Below the pieces are notes generated by a model, which was given only the letters and a program-made list of their open reading frames with translations, was not told the origin of the DNA and ran no database searches. Source: Escherichia coli (GTDB lineage: Bacteria > Pseudomonadota > Gammaproteobacteria > Enterobacterales > Enterobacteriaceae). Taken from it: 64,000 bases of DNA. Shown one piece after another: positions 28,701 through 40,469 of this stretch. Location of the stretch: the NCBI RefSeq assembly GCF_003334355.1, contig NZ_QOWP01000013.1. One strand, given 5' to 3'. A program made the position numbers and the translations under genes. Every line of letters starts with the position of its first letter. Positions within the stretch are counted from its first letter, which is position 1.

Positions 28701-29236
28701 GTTTCTCGCTGTATATGGAGTTGCTGGAAAACGCCGTCGATGCACTGAAAGCCGGACGCGAGCCGTCGCTGGAAGATCTCACCAGCCAGCAAACAGAAGT
28801 CGAGCTGCGGATGCCGTCGCTATTGCCAGATGATTTCATCCCTGACGTGAACACGCGTCTGTCGTTCTACAAACGTATTGCCAGCGCCAAAACGGAAAAC
28901 GAACTGGAAGAGATCAAAGTCGAGCTTATCGATCGCTTCGGCCTGCTGCCGGATCCGGCGCGTACCCTGCTGGATATTGCCCGTCTGCGCCAGCAAGCGC
29001 AGAAACTGGGGATCAGGAAGCTGGAAGGTAATGAGAAAGGCGGGGTGATCGAATTTGCCGAGAAGAATCACGTTAATCCGGCCTGGTTGATTGGTTTGCT
29101 GCAAAAACAGCCGCAGCATTACCGCCTTGATGGTCCGACGCGCCTGAAATTTATTCAGGATTTGAGTGAGCGGAAAACGCGTATCGAATGGGTACGCCAG
29201 TTTATGCGTGAACTGGAAGAGAACGCGATCGCTTAA
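25790..29236 (+). CDS. mfd: Transcription-repair coupling factor Mfd
   Basis: Start set at MPEQYRYTLPVKAG for 1148 aa; helicase motifs (GDVGFGKTEVAMRAA, DEEHRFG). Confidence 0.95.
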   Translation: MPEQYRYTLPVKAGEQRLLGELTGAACATLVAEIAERHAGPVVLIAPDMQNALRLHDEISQFTDQMVMNLADWETLPYDSFSPHQDIISSRLSTLYQLPTMQRGVLIVPVNTLMQRVCPHSFLHGHALVMKKGQRLSRDALRTQLDSAGYRHVDQVMEHGEYATRGALLDLFPMGSELPYRLDFFDDEIDSLRVFDVDSQRTLEEVEAINLLPAHEFPTDKAAIELFRSQWRDTFEVKRDPEHIYQQVSKGTLPAGIEYWQPLFFSEPLPPLFSYFPANTLLVNTGDLETSAERFQADTLARFENRGVDPMRPLLPPQSLWLRVDELFSELKNWPRVQLKTEHLPTKAANANLGFEKLPDLAVQAQQKAPLDALRKFLESFDGPVVFSVESEGRREALGELLARIKIAPQRIMRLDEASDRGRYLMIGAAEHGFVDKVRNLALICESDLLGERVARRRQDSRRTINPDTLIRNLAELHIGQPVVHLEHGVGRYAGMTTLEAGGITGEYLMLTYANDAKLYVPVSSLHLISRYAGGAEENAPLHKLGGDAWSRARQKAAEKVRDVAAELLDIYAQRAAKEGFAFKHDREQYQLFCDSFPFETTPDQAQAINAVLSDMCQPLAMDRLVCGDVGFGKTEVAMRAAFLAVDNHKQVAVLVPTTLLAQQHYDNFRDRFANWPVRIEMISRFRSAKEQTQILAEVAEGKIDILIGTHKLLQSDVKFKDLGLLIVDEEHRFGVRHKERIKAMRANVDILTLTATPIPRTLNMAMSGMRDLSIIATPPARRLAVKTFVREYDSLVVREAILREILRGGQVYYLYNDVENIQKAAERLAELVPEARIAIGHGQMRERELERVMNDFHHQRFNVLVCTTIIETGIDIPTANTIIIERADHFGLAQLHQLRGRVGRSHHQAYAWLLTPHPKAMTTDAQKRLEAIASLEDLGAGFALATHDLEIRGAGELLGEEQSGSMETIGFSLYMELLENAVDALKAGREPSLEDLTSQQTEVELRMPSLLPDDFIPDVNTRLSFYKRIASAKTENELEEIKVELIDRFGLLPDPARTLLDIARLRQQAQKLGIRKLEGNEKGGVIEFAEKNHVNPAWLIGLLQKQPQHYRLDGPTRLKFIQDLSERKTRIEWVRQFMRELEENAIA

Positions 29237-29245
29237 TGGTAAATC

Positions 29246-29265
29246 GGGGGCGTTTCTGCGCCCCC
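29246..29265 (+). terminator. Possible mfd terminator hairpin (GGGGGCG..GCGCCCCC)
   Basis: Strong GC stem directly after the mfd stop, but no clear downstream U-run. Confidence 0.4.
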
Positions 29266-29376
29266 ATCTGCAACATTTACAAATTCTTTGCACTTCCCTG
29301 CACTATCCGACACTGTCACCATCCATAATTCAGGCTTATCTGTTTATTACAATAACCTTATATTTATTATGGATTT

Positions 29377-30342
29377 TTGGTGATGATCAAAACGCGTTTT
29401 TCTCGCTGGCTAACGTTTTTTACGTTCGCCGCTGCCGTGGCGCTGGCGCTACCGGCAAAAGCCAACACCTGGCCGCTGCCGCCAGCGGGCAGTCGTCTGG
29501 TTGGCGAAAACAAATTTCATGTGGTGGAAAATGACGGTGGTTCTCTGGAAGCCATCGCCAAAAAATATAACGTCGGCTTTCTCGCTCTGTTACAGGCTAA
29601 CCCCGGCGTTGATCCTTACGTACCGCGCGCGGGCAGCGTGTTAACGATCCCGTTGCAAACCCTACTTCCAGACGCGCCGCGCGAAGGCATTGTGATCAAC
29701 ATTGCGGAGCTGCGTCTCTATTACTACCCGCCGGGTAAAAATTCGGTAACCGTGTATCCAATAGGTATTGGTCAGTTAGGTGGTGACACGCTGACACCGA
29801 CAATGGTGACCACCGTTTCAGACAAACGTGCAAACCCAACCTGGACGCCAACGGCAAACATCCGCGCCCGTTATAAAGCACAGGGAATTGAGTTGCCTGC
29901 GGTAGTGCCGGCTGGACCGGATAACCCAATGGGCCATCATGCGATTCGTCTGGCGGCCTATGGCGGCGTTTATTTGCTTCATGGTACGAACGCCGATTTT
30001 GGCATTGGCATGCGGGTAAGTTCTGGCTGTATTCGTCTGCGGGATGACGATATCAAAACACTCTTTAGCCAGGTCACCCCAGGCACCAAAGTGAATATCA
30101 TCAACACTCCGATAAAAGTCTCTGCCGAACCAAACGGTGCGCGTCTGGTTGAAGTACATCAGCCGCTGTCAGAGAAGATTGATGACGATCCGCAGCTGCT
30201 GCCAATTACGCTGAATAGCGCAATGCAATCATTTAAAGATGCAGCACAAACTGACGCTGAAGTGATGCAACATGTGATGGATGTCCGTTCCGGGATGCCG
30301 GTGGATGTCCGCCGTCATCAAGTGAGCCCACAAACTCTGTAA
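29377..30342 (+). CDS. ldtC: L,D-transpeptidase LdtC (YcfS)
   Basis: 321-aa ORF with signal peptide, LysM and YkuD-type domain (HGTN..SSGCIRL); the true start may be the GTG at 29380. Confidence 0.9.
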   Translation: MVMIKTRFSRWLTFFTFAAAVALALPAKANTWPLPPAGSRLVGENKFHVVENDGGSLEAIAKKYNVGFLALLQANPGVDPYVPRAGSVLTIPLQTLLPDAPREGIVINIAELRLYYYPPGKNSVTVYPIGIGQLGGDTLTPTMVTTVSDKRANPTWTPTANIRARYKAQGIELPAVVPAGPDNPMGHHAIRLAAYGGVYLLHGTNADFGIGMRVSSGCIRLRDDDIKTLFSQVTPGTKVNIINTPIKVSAEPNGARLVEVHQPLSEKIDDDPQLLPITLNSAMQSFKDAAQTDAEVMQHVMDVRSGMPVDVRRHQVSPQTL

Positions 30343-30351
30343 ATCCTGGAT

Positions 30352-30391
30352 AAAAAAAATCCCCGCGACACGGCATGTCGCGGGGAAAAAA
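30352..30391 (-). terminator. bhsA terminator (also lies just after ldtC)
   Basis: Hairpin CCCCGCGACACGGCATGTCGCGGGG flanked by A8 and A6; reads as hairpin plus U-run on the minus strand. Confidence 0.7.
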
Positions 30392-30424
30392 TCAGCAGTA
30401 GCAGGCATTAATGAGGGTTAATGC

Positions 30425-30682
30425 TTATTTATAAATTACTGCTGTTCCATGGAGGGTATTCGGACCGGTTACAGAAGTAATACGGAAAGATTTTGCGCCC
30501 ATCTCATCCGCTTTTTGCGCCAGCTGCTCTTCCAGCGATCCCAGATTTGTCCCCGCGTTAGCACTGATTGTACCGACTTTTTGTTGGCCTTCTGGCGTTG
30601 ACTGAACTTCGACAGCCGCAAAGCTGGCAAATGACATGGAGCTTAAAATCGCCGCAGCGATGAGGGCTTTTACGTTTTTCAT
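30425..30682 (-). CDS. bhsA: Multiple stress resistance protein BhsA (YcfR), YdgH/BhsA family
   Basis: 85-aa ORF with signal peptide (MKNVKALIAAAILSSMSFASFA). Confidence 0.9.
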   Translation of the reverse strand: MKNVKALIAAAILSSMSFASFAAVEVQSTPEGQQKVGTISANAGTNLGSLEEQLAQKADEMGAKSFRITSVTGPNTLHGTAVIYK

Positions 30683-30922
30683 AATAGTGGCCTTATGCAG
30701 ATGAATGACGTCGCAAGCAATTACTTAACGATCGATAACTAAATGATAGATGTGATCTGGATCACATACAAGATATTTTTTATAACAATCATTAATTAAT
30801 TTAAAAATCTTTAAATTTCAGTTAAATAGAAAGCAATTATTTTTATGGGATCTGGACTGGTGAACGGAGGTGATTATTTTTATAATAACCTTTCATTCAC
30901 AGTCACCAGGTACAACGGCATC

Positions 30923-31555
30923 ATGGCAACTGACTCAACACAATGTGTAAAAAAAAGCCGTGGCCGCCCAAAAGTGTTCGACAGGGATGCCGCGCTTGAT
31001 AAGGCCATGAAATTGTTCTGGCAACACGGTTATGAAGCGACTTCTCTTGCGGACCTCGTCGAAGCGACCGGAGCCAAAGCGCCCACGCTATACGCGGAAT
31101 TTACCAACAAAGAGGGGTTATTTCGTGCCGTTCTCGACCGCTATATCGATCGTTTTGCCGCTAAGCATGAAGCACAGCTGTTTTGTGAAGAGAAAAGCGT
31201 GGAGTCTGCGCTGGCTGACTATTTTGCTGCCATCGCCAACTGCTTTACCAGCAAAGACACCCCGGCAGGCTGCTTCATGATCAACAACTGCACCACCCTC
31301 TCCCCAGATTCAGGAGATATCGCCAATACGTTGAAATCACGCCATGCGATGCAAGAGCGCACTTTGCAGCAGTTTTTATGTCAACGACAAGCGCGCGGGG
31401 AAATCCCGACCCACTGTGACGTGACACATCTGGCAGAATTCCTTAATTGTATTATTCAGGGGATGTCGATCAGCGCACGCGAAGGTGCATCGCTGGAAAA
31501 ACTAATGCAGATTGCCGGAACGACTTTGCGTTTATGGCCCGAACTGGTGAAATAA
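30923..31555 (+). CDS. comR: TetR-family repressor ComR (YcfQ)
   Basis: Start set at MATDSTQCVKKSRGRPK for 210 aa; TetR HTH; divergent from bhsA. Confidence 0.85.
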   Translation: MATDSTQCVKKSRGRPKVFDRDAALDKAMKLFWQHGYEATSLADLVEATGAKAPTLYAEFTNKEGLFRAVLDRYIDRFAAKHEAQLFCEEKSVESALADYFAAIANCFTSKDTPAGCFMINNCTTLSPDSGDIANTLKSRHAMQERTLQQFLCQRQARGEIPTHCDVTHLAEFLNCIIQGMSISAREGASLEKLMQIAGTTLRLWPELVK

Positions 31556-31561
31556 GTCGCA

Positions 31562-31595
31562 AAAAAAGCCCCTCAGCCTGAGCGAATGAGGGGCC
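31562..31595 (-). terminator. ycfJ terminator (shared intergenic hairpin with comR)
   Basis: 8-bp stem GCCCCTCA/TGAGGGGC; U-run on the minus strand. Confidence 0.6.
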
Positions 31596-31616
31596 AAATT
31601 GCAGAGTACAGCCTTG

Positions 31617-32156
31617 TTATACTTTGTTATTCAAAATCAGTTGCCCATTACTATCTAGCGGGATCTGCGTACCCGGATCGCGGTCCATGCGGATTTTGCC
31701 CTGCTGATCGCCAATCTTATAGGTCACATCATAACCGAGCATTTTTTCTGACTTGTCATACACCGTTTTACAACGCTGTTGCGTAGTCGTGTAAGTATCG
31801 CTTTCCTGGAGAGAGCCCTGGATCTGGTTACCGGCATATCCACCACCCAGCGCCCCCACAACAGTGGCGACATCTTTACCGCGACCACCGCCAAACTGAT
31901 GCCCTATCACGCCGCCAGCAACAGCGCCGAGCACCGACCCGGTAATGCGATTTTCATCCTGCACCGGTCGACGATGGGTCACTGTGACGTTGCGACACTC
32001 CTGACGCGGTGTTTTAACCGTTTCCTTGATTGGGGTTGCAGAAACAACCTGAGCGTATTGCGGGCCACGTTCAAACACGTTCAGACTGGCCACTGCCGCT
32101 ACGCCCAGCGCAGCTGCGACACCAATCCCGATACCCGCCAACATTGATTTATTCAC
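31617..32156 (-). CDS. ycfJ: Glycine-zipper membrane protein YcfJ
   Basis: GTG start gives the 179-aa product (MNKSMLAGIGIGVAAALG); Gly-rich repeats. Confidence 0.8.
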   Translation of the reverse strand: MNKSMLAGIGIGVAAALGVAAVASLNVFERGPQYAQVVSATPIKETVKTPRQECRNVTVTHRRPVQDENRITGSVLGAVAGGVIGHQFGGGRGKDVATVVGALGGGYAGNQIQGSLQESDTYTTTQQRCKTVYDKSEKMLGYDVTYKIGDQQGKIRMDRDPGTQIPLDSNGQLILNNKV

Positions 32157-32283
32157 GGGAACACCTCCTTCTTTGCAGTTATGCCAATCATGCAAGCGAA
32201 GGAGAAAAGCAGCTATCAGACAGAAGATGAAAAGCGCGGGAATGGCTGGAAATACTTAATGATTCGGAGGAGTCTGAAGGAAT

Positions 32284-32370
32284 GCCTGATGCGACGCTTA
32301 ACGCGTCTTATCAGGCCTACCGCTCGTACCATTTGTCCAGGGCGGATGAGGCGTTTATGCCACATCCGCC
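32284..32370. repeat. REP/BIME element between ycfJ and ndh
   Basis: GCCTGATGCGACGCTTAACGCGTCTTATCAGGCCTAC and GGCGGATGAGGCGTTTATGCCACATCCGCC palindromes. Confidence 0.75.
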
Positions 32371-32382
32371 AGTGTACGTCGA

Positions 32383-33687
32383 TTAATGCAACTTCAAACG
32401 CGGACGGATAACGCGGTTAATACTCCCCACCAGCATCATTAATCCGGTTTTAAAGTAACCATGCAGCGCAATCTGATGCATTCGGTATAGCGAGATATAT
32501 ACAAAGCGCGCAATTCGTCCTTCAATCATCATTGAGCCGCGCGTCAGGTTACCCATCAGGCTACCAACGGTGGAGAAGTTCGACAGCGATACCAGTGAAC
32601 CATGATCTTTATACTGATAATTTTTCAGCGGCTTACCGTTTATCTGCGCCAGAATATTGTTCATTGCGCAGGTCGCCATCTGGTGTGCAGCCTGAGCACG
32701 CGGCGGAACAAAGCCCCCTTCCGGACGCGGGCATGACGCGCAGTCGCCAATAGCGTAAATGTCTGGATCGCGGGTGGTTTGCAGCGTCGGTTCCACCACC
32801 AGCTGGTTGATACGGTTAGTTTCAAGACCACCGATATCTTTCAGGAAGTCTGGCGCTTTGATCCCGGCTGCCCATACCATCAGATCCGCCTCAATATATT
32901 CGCCATCTTTAGTGTGCAGGCCGCCTTCATCAGCACTGGTGACCATGGTTTGCGTCAGCACGCGAACGCCAAGTTTCGTTAGCTCGTTGTGGGCCGCAGC
33001 AGAGATACGTGGCGGTAACGCAGGCAAAATACGTTCTCCCGCTTCTACCAGCGTTACGTTCAGGGCTTCGTTGGTCAGGCCTTTGTAACCGTAGCTGTGC
33101 AGTTGCTTGACCGCGTTGTGCAATTCAGCGGAGAGTTCTACACCCGTCGCGCCGCCGCCGACAATCGCAATGTTCACTTTGCCATTCGCGCCCAGGTTGG
33201 CGGAGTATTTCAGGAACAGATTCAGCATCTCCTGGTGGAAGCGACGCGCCTGGTGCGGGTTATCGAGGAAAATGCAGTTCTCTTTGACACCTGGTGTATT
33301 GAAATCGTTAGAGGTGCTACCCAGCGCCATTACCAGTGTGTCATAGGCGATTTTACGTTCCGGAACCAGCAGTTCACCTTTCTCGTCGCGCAGTTCTGCA
33401 ATAGTGATTGTTTTCGCTTCACGATCAATATCAATGACGGAACCCAGCTGGAACTGGAAACCATGATTGCGCGCATGGGCCAGATAGCTCAACGCATCGA
33501 CGCCTTCATCAAGCGAGCCAGTCGCCACTTCGTGCAGCAGCGGTTTCCACAGGTGGCTGTGGTTACGATCGACCAGCGTAATTTTGGCTTTTTTCTTGCG
33601 TCCCAGCTTATGCCCCAGCTGTGTTGCCATTTCCAGCCCACCAGCACCGCCGCCGACAATCACAATTTTTTTCAATGGCGTAGTCAA
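32383..33687 (-). CDS. ndh: NADH:quinone oxidoreductase II (NDH-2)
   Basis: TTG start preceded by AAGGGGG gives the 434-aa product ([17 protein letters not shown]); the ORF track shows an upstream in-frame ATG at 33714. Confidence 0.9.
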   Translation of the reverse strand: MTTPLKKIVIVGGGAGGLEMATQLGHKLGRKKKAKITLVDRNHSHLWKPLLHEVATGSLDEGVDALSYLAHARNHGFQFQLGSVIDIDREAKTITIAELRDEKGELLVPERKIAYDTLVMALGSTSNDFNTPGVKENCIFLDNPHQARRFHQEMLNLFLKYSANLGANGKVNIAIVGGGATGVELSAELHNAVKQLHSYGYKGLTNEALNVTLVEAGERILPALPPRISAAAHNELTKLGVRVLTQTMVTSADEGGLHTKDGEYIEADLMVWAAGIKAPDFLKDIGGLETNRINQLVVEPTLQTTRDPDIYAIGDCASCPRPEGGFVPPRAQAAHQMATCAMNNILAQINGKPLKNYQYKDHGSLVSLSNFSTVGSLMGNLTRGSMMIEGRIARFVYISLYRMHQIALHGYFKTGLMMLVGSINRVIRPRLKLH

Positions 33688-33957
33688 CGTGACCCCCTTA
33701 AATTTATTAACCAATTGTTAATTAATGGTTATTAACATAGCTCTTAATTAACAACAGGTTACAGCAATGAAAATGTTCTTCGCTATTGAGAATAACATGA
33801 ATGGTGCATTGGTCATACCAAAATTGATGTTAATCAAGTTTTGTTGCTGAAAAGATAGGCGACTTTACCGGGTGAGATCAAAAAACAGAGTTTATTGTTT
33901 ATTATTTGAGCGAATTTGTGAGAGTGATATAGAGTGAGGGGTGTATGCAGGGCGTTC

Positions 33958-34079
33958 GGTAGGCCTGATAAGAGGCGCATCAGGCATTGATGCTCGACTG
34001 TCGGATGCGGCGTAAACGCCTTATCCGACTTACAGAATTCGGAGCGCATCAGGTACCGGCAAGGTTACCTGATGCGACG
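33958..34079. repeat. REP/BIME cluster (three REP units) between ndh and ycfP
   Basis: AGGCCTGATAAGAGGCGCATCAGGC; TCGGATGCGGCGTAAACGCCTTATCCGAC; GCGCATCAGGTACCGGCAAGGTTACCTGATGCGACG. Confidence 0.75.
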
Positions 34080-34086
34080 AGGGCAT

Positions 34087-34629
34087 TTACCCGAGGGTTT
34101 TGAACGCTTTAATGCGCTGCAAATGCGGGGAGATATTCTTGAATTTGTGCGTCTGCTCTTCGTCCCAGACAATCTCGTAATAATGATGCAACTCTTCAGA
34201 TGTCCGCTGGCTGTTAAGCGCTTCATCATTACGCGACAAAATCACCAGGCAACGATCGCGATTCTTCTCGCGGAAGTTGGTCACACACTTAGTGGCAATA
34301 TCGGCATACTCTTCCGGGCGATCAATCTTGCCTTCCATGTTCTCATAAGGGAACAAATTAGGGTTGAAGATCACCTGGCGGATATCGCAAAGAAAACCAA
34401 TCCGTTCCGCCCAGTATCCGCCCAGACCAACGCCGCAAATCAGCGGACGCTCGTCGACGTTCAGTTGCAACATTTTGTCCACTTCTTTGAGCAGATGCTG
34501 CATATCATGTTTCGGATGCCGCGTACTGTAGCTTATCAAGCGTACATCCGGGTCAATAAACTGCAATTGTAAGACTTTCTCGTGGTTACCCGGACTGTTA
34601 GAGTCAAAACCGTGTAAATAGATAATCAT
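34087..34629 (-). CDS. ycfP: Esterase/alpha-beta hydrolase YcfP (UPF0227)
   Basis: Start set at [18 protein letters not shown] for 180 aa. Confidence 0.85.
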
Positions 34630-34651
34630 CGCTTCCTCACATAAGCCAGGG

Positions 34652-36492
<1,841 letters not shown>

Positions 36493-36512
<20 letters not shown>

Positions 36513-37137
36513 CTTTACCTGACCAGATAATTTCGCCCGTCTGCACCAGCATCAGCTGCATTTGTAGGGTCGGAGCGTTAACGTTGCCAGAGGCGCTGGA
36601 GTACAGCACGTAATGAGCGCCGACATTGCGGGCAATGCCTATGGCTTTACTACGGGTGCCTAAACTGTCCTGCGGCGACAAACCTAACTGTTGCTTAGCC
36701 ATCGACAGCTGCTGGGCGGAAACCAGGGTAAATTTCCCGTTATTAGCCAGCGCATTTCGCAGCGTTTCGGTCGCTTCTGCGGCATTCAGCGAACCGTTAG
36801 TACGGTTGTTAACGCTATCAACCAGAAGGACGCTACCCGCAGTCACCCCGTCAGCCCCAAGCATCTTACTGACCATCGGCTGCATTGCGCCATTCCAGTC
36901 ATAATGGCGAATATGCGGTGCAGGCGGTGCAGTTTGATCTTCGTGCTCAATTGGGCCTGGCTGCTGCGGGATCGTCGGCACCGAGGGCACTGTGGGGACA
37001 GGCTGTTGTGGCTCGGCTGGTTGTTCCGGCGCTGGTTTCACTTCTTCTACCGGTGCAGGTTCACGTTGCCCCACACACCCGGCGAGAAACATCGCCAGCG
37101 CGGTAATCAAGGCGTAGCGACTCATTTTTGTCATCAA
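36493..37137 (-). CDS. lpoB: Outer-membrane lipoprotein LpoB, activator of PBP1B
   Basis: 214-aa ORF with lipobox (LAGC) and Pro-rich linker. Confidence 0.9.
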
Positions 37138-37147
37138 GATTCACCCC

Positions 37148-37525
37148 TTACAAATATAGATAAAGTCTGACTTTGTGCGCCCCCAGAAAATTGGCGCTGC
37201 CGTACAGCGTTACCGCCGAATGTGCGGGAATGGTAACGCTGCGTGGCCTTTCCAGAGGATGCATCTCCAGCCCTCTGGCGTCATACCAGTAAAAACGATA
37301 ATGAACGGTAATGGGTTCTTGCCTTTCGTTATAAAGCGTTGAGGATGCTGAAGGTTGAATATCAGACGTCGAAAGGACGGGCTTTTCTGCACTGATGCCC
37401 GCAGCCAATAAAGATGACTCCATCACCAGCGATTGCTCATCATTCACCGGAATTTCCGGATGTGAACGACAGCCCACCAGCAGTAACAACGCCAGAGACA
37501 CCAGCCCAAAGCATCCTTTTCTCAT
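37148..37525 (-). CDS. ycfL: Lipoprotein YcfL
   Basis: 125-aa ORF with lipobox (LLVGC). Confidence 0.85.
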   Translation of the reverse strand: MRKGCFGLVSLALLLLVGCRSHPEIPVNDEQSLVMESSLLAAGISAEKPVLSTSDIQPSASSTLYNERQEPITVHYRFYWYDARGLEMHPLERPRSVTIPAHSAVTLYGSANFLGAHKVRLYLYL

Positions 37526-37527
37526 CG

Positions 37528-37887
37528 TTACAGACCTTTATGCGCCAGCATTGGTCCCAGCGGACGGCCACCCAACAAGTGCATATGGATGTGGTAAACC
37601 TCTTGTCCGCCATGGCGGTTGGTGTTCATGATCAGACGATAGCCATCTTCGGCAATACCTTCTTGCTCAGCAATTTTTGCCGCTACGGTGATCATGCGTC
37701 CCAGCGCCTGCTCATGCTCAGCTGACACGTCGTTCACAGTCGGTATGAGGATATTCGGAATGATCAGAATATGCGTTGGCGCTTGCGGCGAAATATCGCG
37801 AAACGCCGTTACCAGATCATCCTGGTAGACGATATCGGAGGGGATCTCACGACGAATAATTTTGCTGAATATAGTTTCTTCTGCCAC
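37528..37887 (-). CDS. hinT: Purine nucleoside phosphoramidase HinT (HIT family)
   Basis: GTG start gives the 119-aa product ([16 protein letters not shown]); HIT motif HIHMHLLGG. Confidence 0.9.
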   Translation of the reverse strand: MAEETIFSKIIRREIPSDIVYQDDLVTAFRDISPQAPTHILIIPNILIPTVNDVSAEHEQALGRMITVAAKIAEQEGIAEDGYRLIMNTNRHGGQEVYHIHMHLLGGRPLGPMLAHKGL

Positions 37888-38104
37888 GACATTTTCCTTT
37901 TTCAAATAGCCATGCGTTGCGCCATGCTACGCCGCGCCACACTGCGAGTATAGAGTATGGTCGAGTTAAACCTGCTCTTTCAACCTTAACTCACGATTTC
38001 TTAAGCAAAAAATCGTTTTGCTGCCGTATATATCGCCATTATTCCCATTTCTGCCTGCGAATGCGCTGAAAAGACATTCTCTGTTTGGTTTACACGACAA
38101 ATAT

Positions 38105-38125
38105 GAATGCGTATATTTCTCATTT
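38105..38125. promoter_or_regulatory. Candidate Fur box upstream of fhuE
   Basis: Imperfect palindrome GAATGCGTATATTTCTCATTT about 100 bp upstream of fhuE; match to the Fur consensus is only partial. Confidence 0.3.
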
Positions 38126-38220
38126 GCATTTACAAACAAAATTATTCGCACACTAAATATAACCGCTCATCACCCTCCTCCGGCATGAGCCTGACGACAA
38201 CATAAACCAAGAGATTTCAA

Positions 38221-40410
38221 ATGCTTTCAACACAATTTAACAGGGATAATCAATATCAAGCCATCACCAAACCGTCACTACTTGCCGGTTGCATAGCACT
38301 GGCACTATTACCTTCTGCCGCTTTTGCTGCACCAGCCACTGAAGAAACGGTGATTGTTGAGGGTTCAGCCACAGCTCCAGATGATGGCGAAAATGATTAC
38401 AGCGTAACGTCTACCTCTGCGGGTACCAAAATGCAGATGACTCAACGTGATATTCCTCAGTCGGTCACTATTGTTAGCCAGCAGCGGATGGAAGATCAGC
38501 AGTTACAAACGCTGGGCGAAGTGATGGAAAACACGCTGGGGATCAGCAAAAGTCAGGCGGATTCCGATCGTGCTCTTTATTATTCCCGCGGATTCCAGAT
38601 CGATAACTATATGGTTGATGGTATCCCCACCTATTTTGAATCGCGCTGGAATCTGGGCGACGCACTTTCTGATATGGCACTCTTTGAACGCGTAGAAGTA
38701 GTGCGTGGCGCGACAGGACTCATGACCGGGACGGGTAATCCATCTGCGGCAATTAATATGGTTCGAAAACACGCGACCAGTCGTGAATTTAAAGGCGATG
38801 TCTCGGCGGAATACGGTAGCTGGAACAAAGAACGGTATGTGGCGGATTTACAAAGCCCACTCACCGAAGACGGTAAAATCCGCGCGCGAATTGTCGGCGG
38901 CTACCAGAATAACGACTCATGGCTGGACCGCTACAACAGTGAAAAGACCTTCTTCTCGGGCATTGTCGATGCTGATTTAGGCGATCTTACGACGCTTTCA
39001 GCCGGTTACGAATATCAGCGCATTGATGTTAATAGCCCTACCTGGGGCGGTTTACCGCGCTGGAATACTGATGGCAGCAGCAACAGTTACGATCGTGCAC
39101 GCAGTACCGCACCTGACTGGGCGTACAACGATAAAGAGATCAACAAGGTCTTTATGACCCTGAAGCAGCGGTTTGCTGATACCTGGCAAGCGACACTGAA
39201 TGCCACCCACTCTGAAGTCGAATTTGACAGCAAAATGATGTATGTCGATGCCTATGTAAACAAAGCGGATGGTATGCTGGTTGGGCCATACAGTAATTAT
39301 GGACCTGGCTTTGATTATGTCGGCGGCACCGGTTGGAACAGTGGCAAACGTAAAGTTGATGCGCTGGATTTGTTCGCTGACGGTATTTATGAATTGTTTG
39401 GTCGTCAGCACAATCTAATGTTTGGTGGCAGTTACAGCAAACAAAACAATCGTTACTTCAGTTCATGGGCCAACATCTTCCCGGATGAAATTGGCAGTTT
39501 CTACAACTTTAATGGCAATTTCCCACAAACCGACTGGTCACCACAGAGCCTGGCACAGGACGATACCACACATATGAAATCGTTATATGCTGCCACTCGA
39601 GTCACCCTTGCCGATCCGCTGCATCTGATCCTCGGCGCACGTTATACCAACTGGCGGGTTGATACGCTGACTTACAGCATGGAGAAAAACCACACCACGC
39701 CTTACGCTGGTCTGGTGTTTGACATCAATGACAACTGGTCGACCTACGCCAGCTATACCTCTATTTTCCAGCCGCAAAATGATCGTGACAGTTCAGGCAA
39801 ATATCTGGCTCCAATCACCGGTAACAACTACGAGCTGGGTCTGAAATCGGACTGGATGAATAGCCGTCTGACCACCACGTTAGCCATCTTCCGTATTGAG
39901 CAGGATAATGTCGCTCAGTCCACCGGTACACCTATCCCCGGCAGCAACGGCGAAACCGCCTATAAAGCGGTGGATGGGACAGTCAGTAAAGGGGTGGAAT
40001 TTGAACTCAACGGCGCAATTACCGACAACTGGCAGCTGACATTTGGCGCAACGCGCTATATTGCAGAGGATAACGAAGGAAACGCCGTTAATCCTAATCT
40101 GCCACGCACCACGGTTAAAATGTTCACCAGCTATCGGTTGCCTGTCATGCCAGAGTTGACAGTCGGCGGTGGTGTTAACTGGCAAAATCGCGTGTATACC
40201 GACACCGTGACACCGTATGGCACCTTCCGCGCCGAGCAAGGTAGCTACGCGCTGGTGGATCTCTTCACCCGCTACCAGGTGACGAAAAACTTCTCGTTAC
40301 AGGGGAACGTCAATAACCTGTTCGACAAAACCTACGATACCAACGTGGAAGGTTCTATCGTCTACGGCGCACCGCGTAATTTCAGCATTACCGGCACGTA
40401 TCAATTCTGA
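38221..40410 (+). CDS. fhuE: TonB-dependent ferric coprogen/rhodotorulic acid receptor FhuE
   Basis: 729-aa ORF with signal peptide, TonB box and C-terminal F. Confidence 0.95.
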   Translation: MLSTQFNRDNQYQAITKPSLLAGCIALALLPSAAFAAPATEETVIVEGSATAPDDGENDYSVTSTSAGTKMQMTQRDIPQSVTIVSQQRMEDQQLQTLGEVMENTLGISKSQADSDRALYYSRGFQIDNYMVDGIPTYFESRWNLGDALSDMALFERVEVVRGATGLMTGTGNPSAAINMVRKHATSREFKGDVSAEYGSWNKERYVADLQSPLTEDGKIRARIVGGYQNNDSWLDRYNSEKTFFSGIVDADLGDLTTLSAGYEYQRIDVNSPTWGGLPRWNTDGSSNSYDRARSTAPDWAYNDKEINKVFMTLKQRFADTWQATLNATHSEVEFDSKMMYVDAYVNKADGMLVGPYSNYGPGFDYVGGTGWNSGKRKVDALDLFADGIYELFGRQHNLMFGGSYSKQNNRYFSSWANIFPDEIGSFYNFNGNFPQTDWSPQSLAQDDTTHMKSLYAATRVTLADPLHLILGARYTNWRVDTLTYSMEKNHTTPYAGLVFDINDNWSTYASYTSIFQPQNDRDSSGKYLAPITGNNYELGLKSDWMNSRLTTTLAIFRIEQDNVAQSTGTPIPGSNGETAYKAVDGTVSKGVEFELNGAITDNWQLTFGATRYIAEDNEGNAVNPNLPRTTVKMFTSYRLPVMPELTVGGGVNWQNRVYTDTVTPYGTFRAEQGSYALVDLFTRYQVTKNFSLQGNVNNLFDKTYDTNVEGSIVYGAPRNFSITGTYQF

Positions 40411-40421
40411 ATAACACCTGT

Positions 40422-40450
40422 AAAAAAGGCAGCCATCTGGCTGCCTTAGT
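40422..40450. terminator. Bidirectional terminator between convergent fhuE and ptsG
   Basis: AAAAAA-GGCAGCC-ATCT-GGCTGCC-TT hairpin. Confidence 0.7.
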
Positions 40451-40469
40451 CTCCCCAACGTCTTACAGA

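Noticed and set aside
38040-38220. Strong consensus Fur box expected upstream of fhuE
   Set aside because: Only a partial palindrome (38105-38125) is visible to me; listed as a low-confidence feature rather than a firm site because I cannot score it against a matrix.
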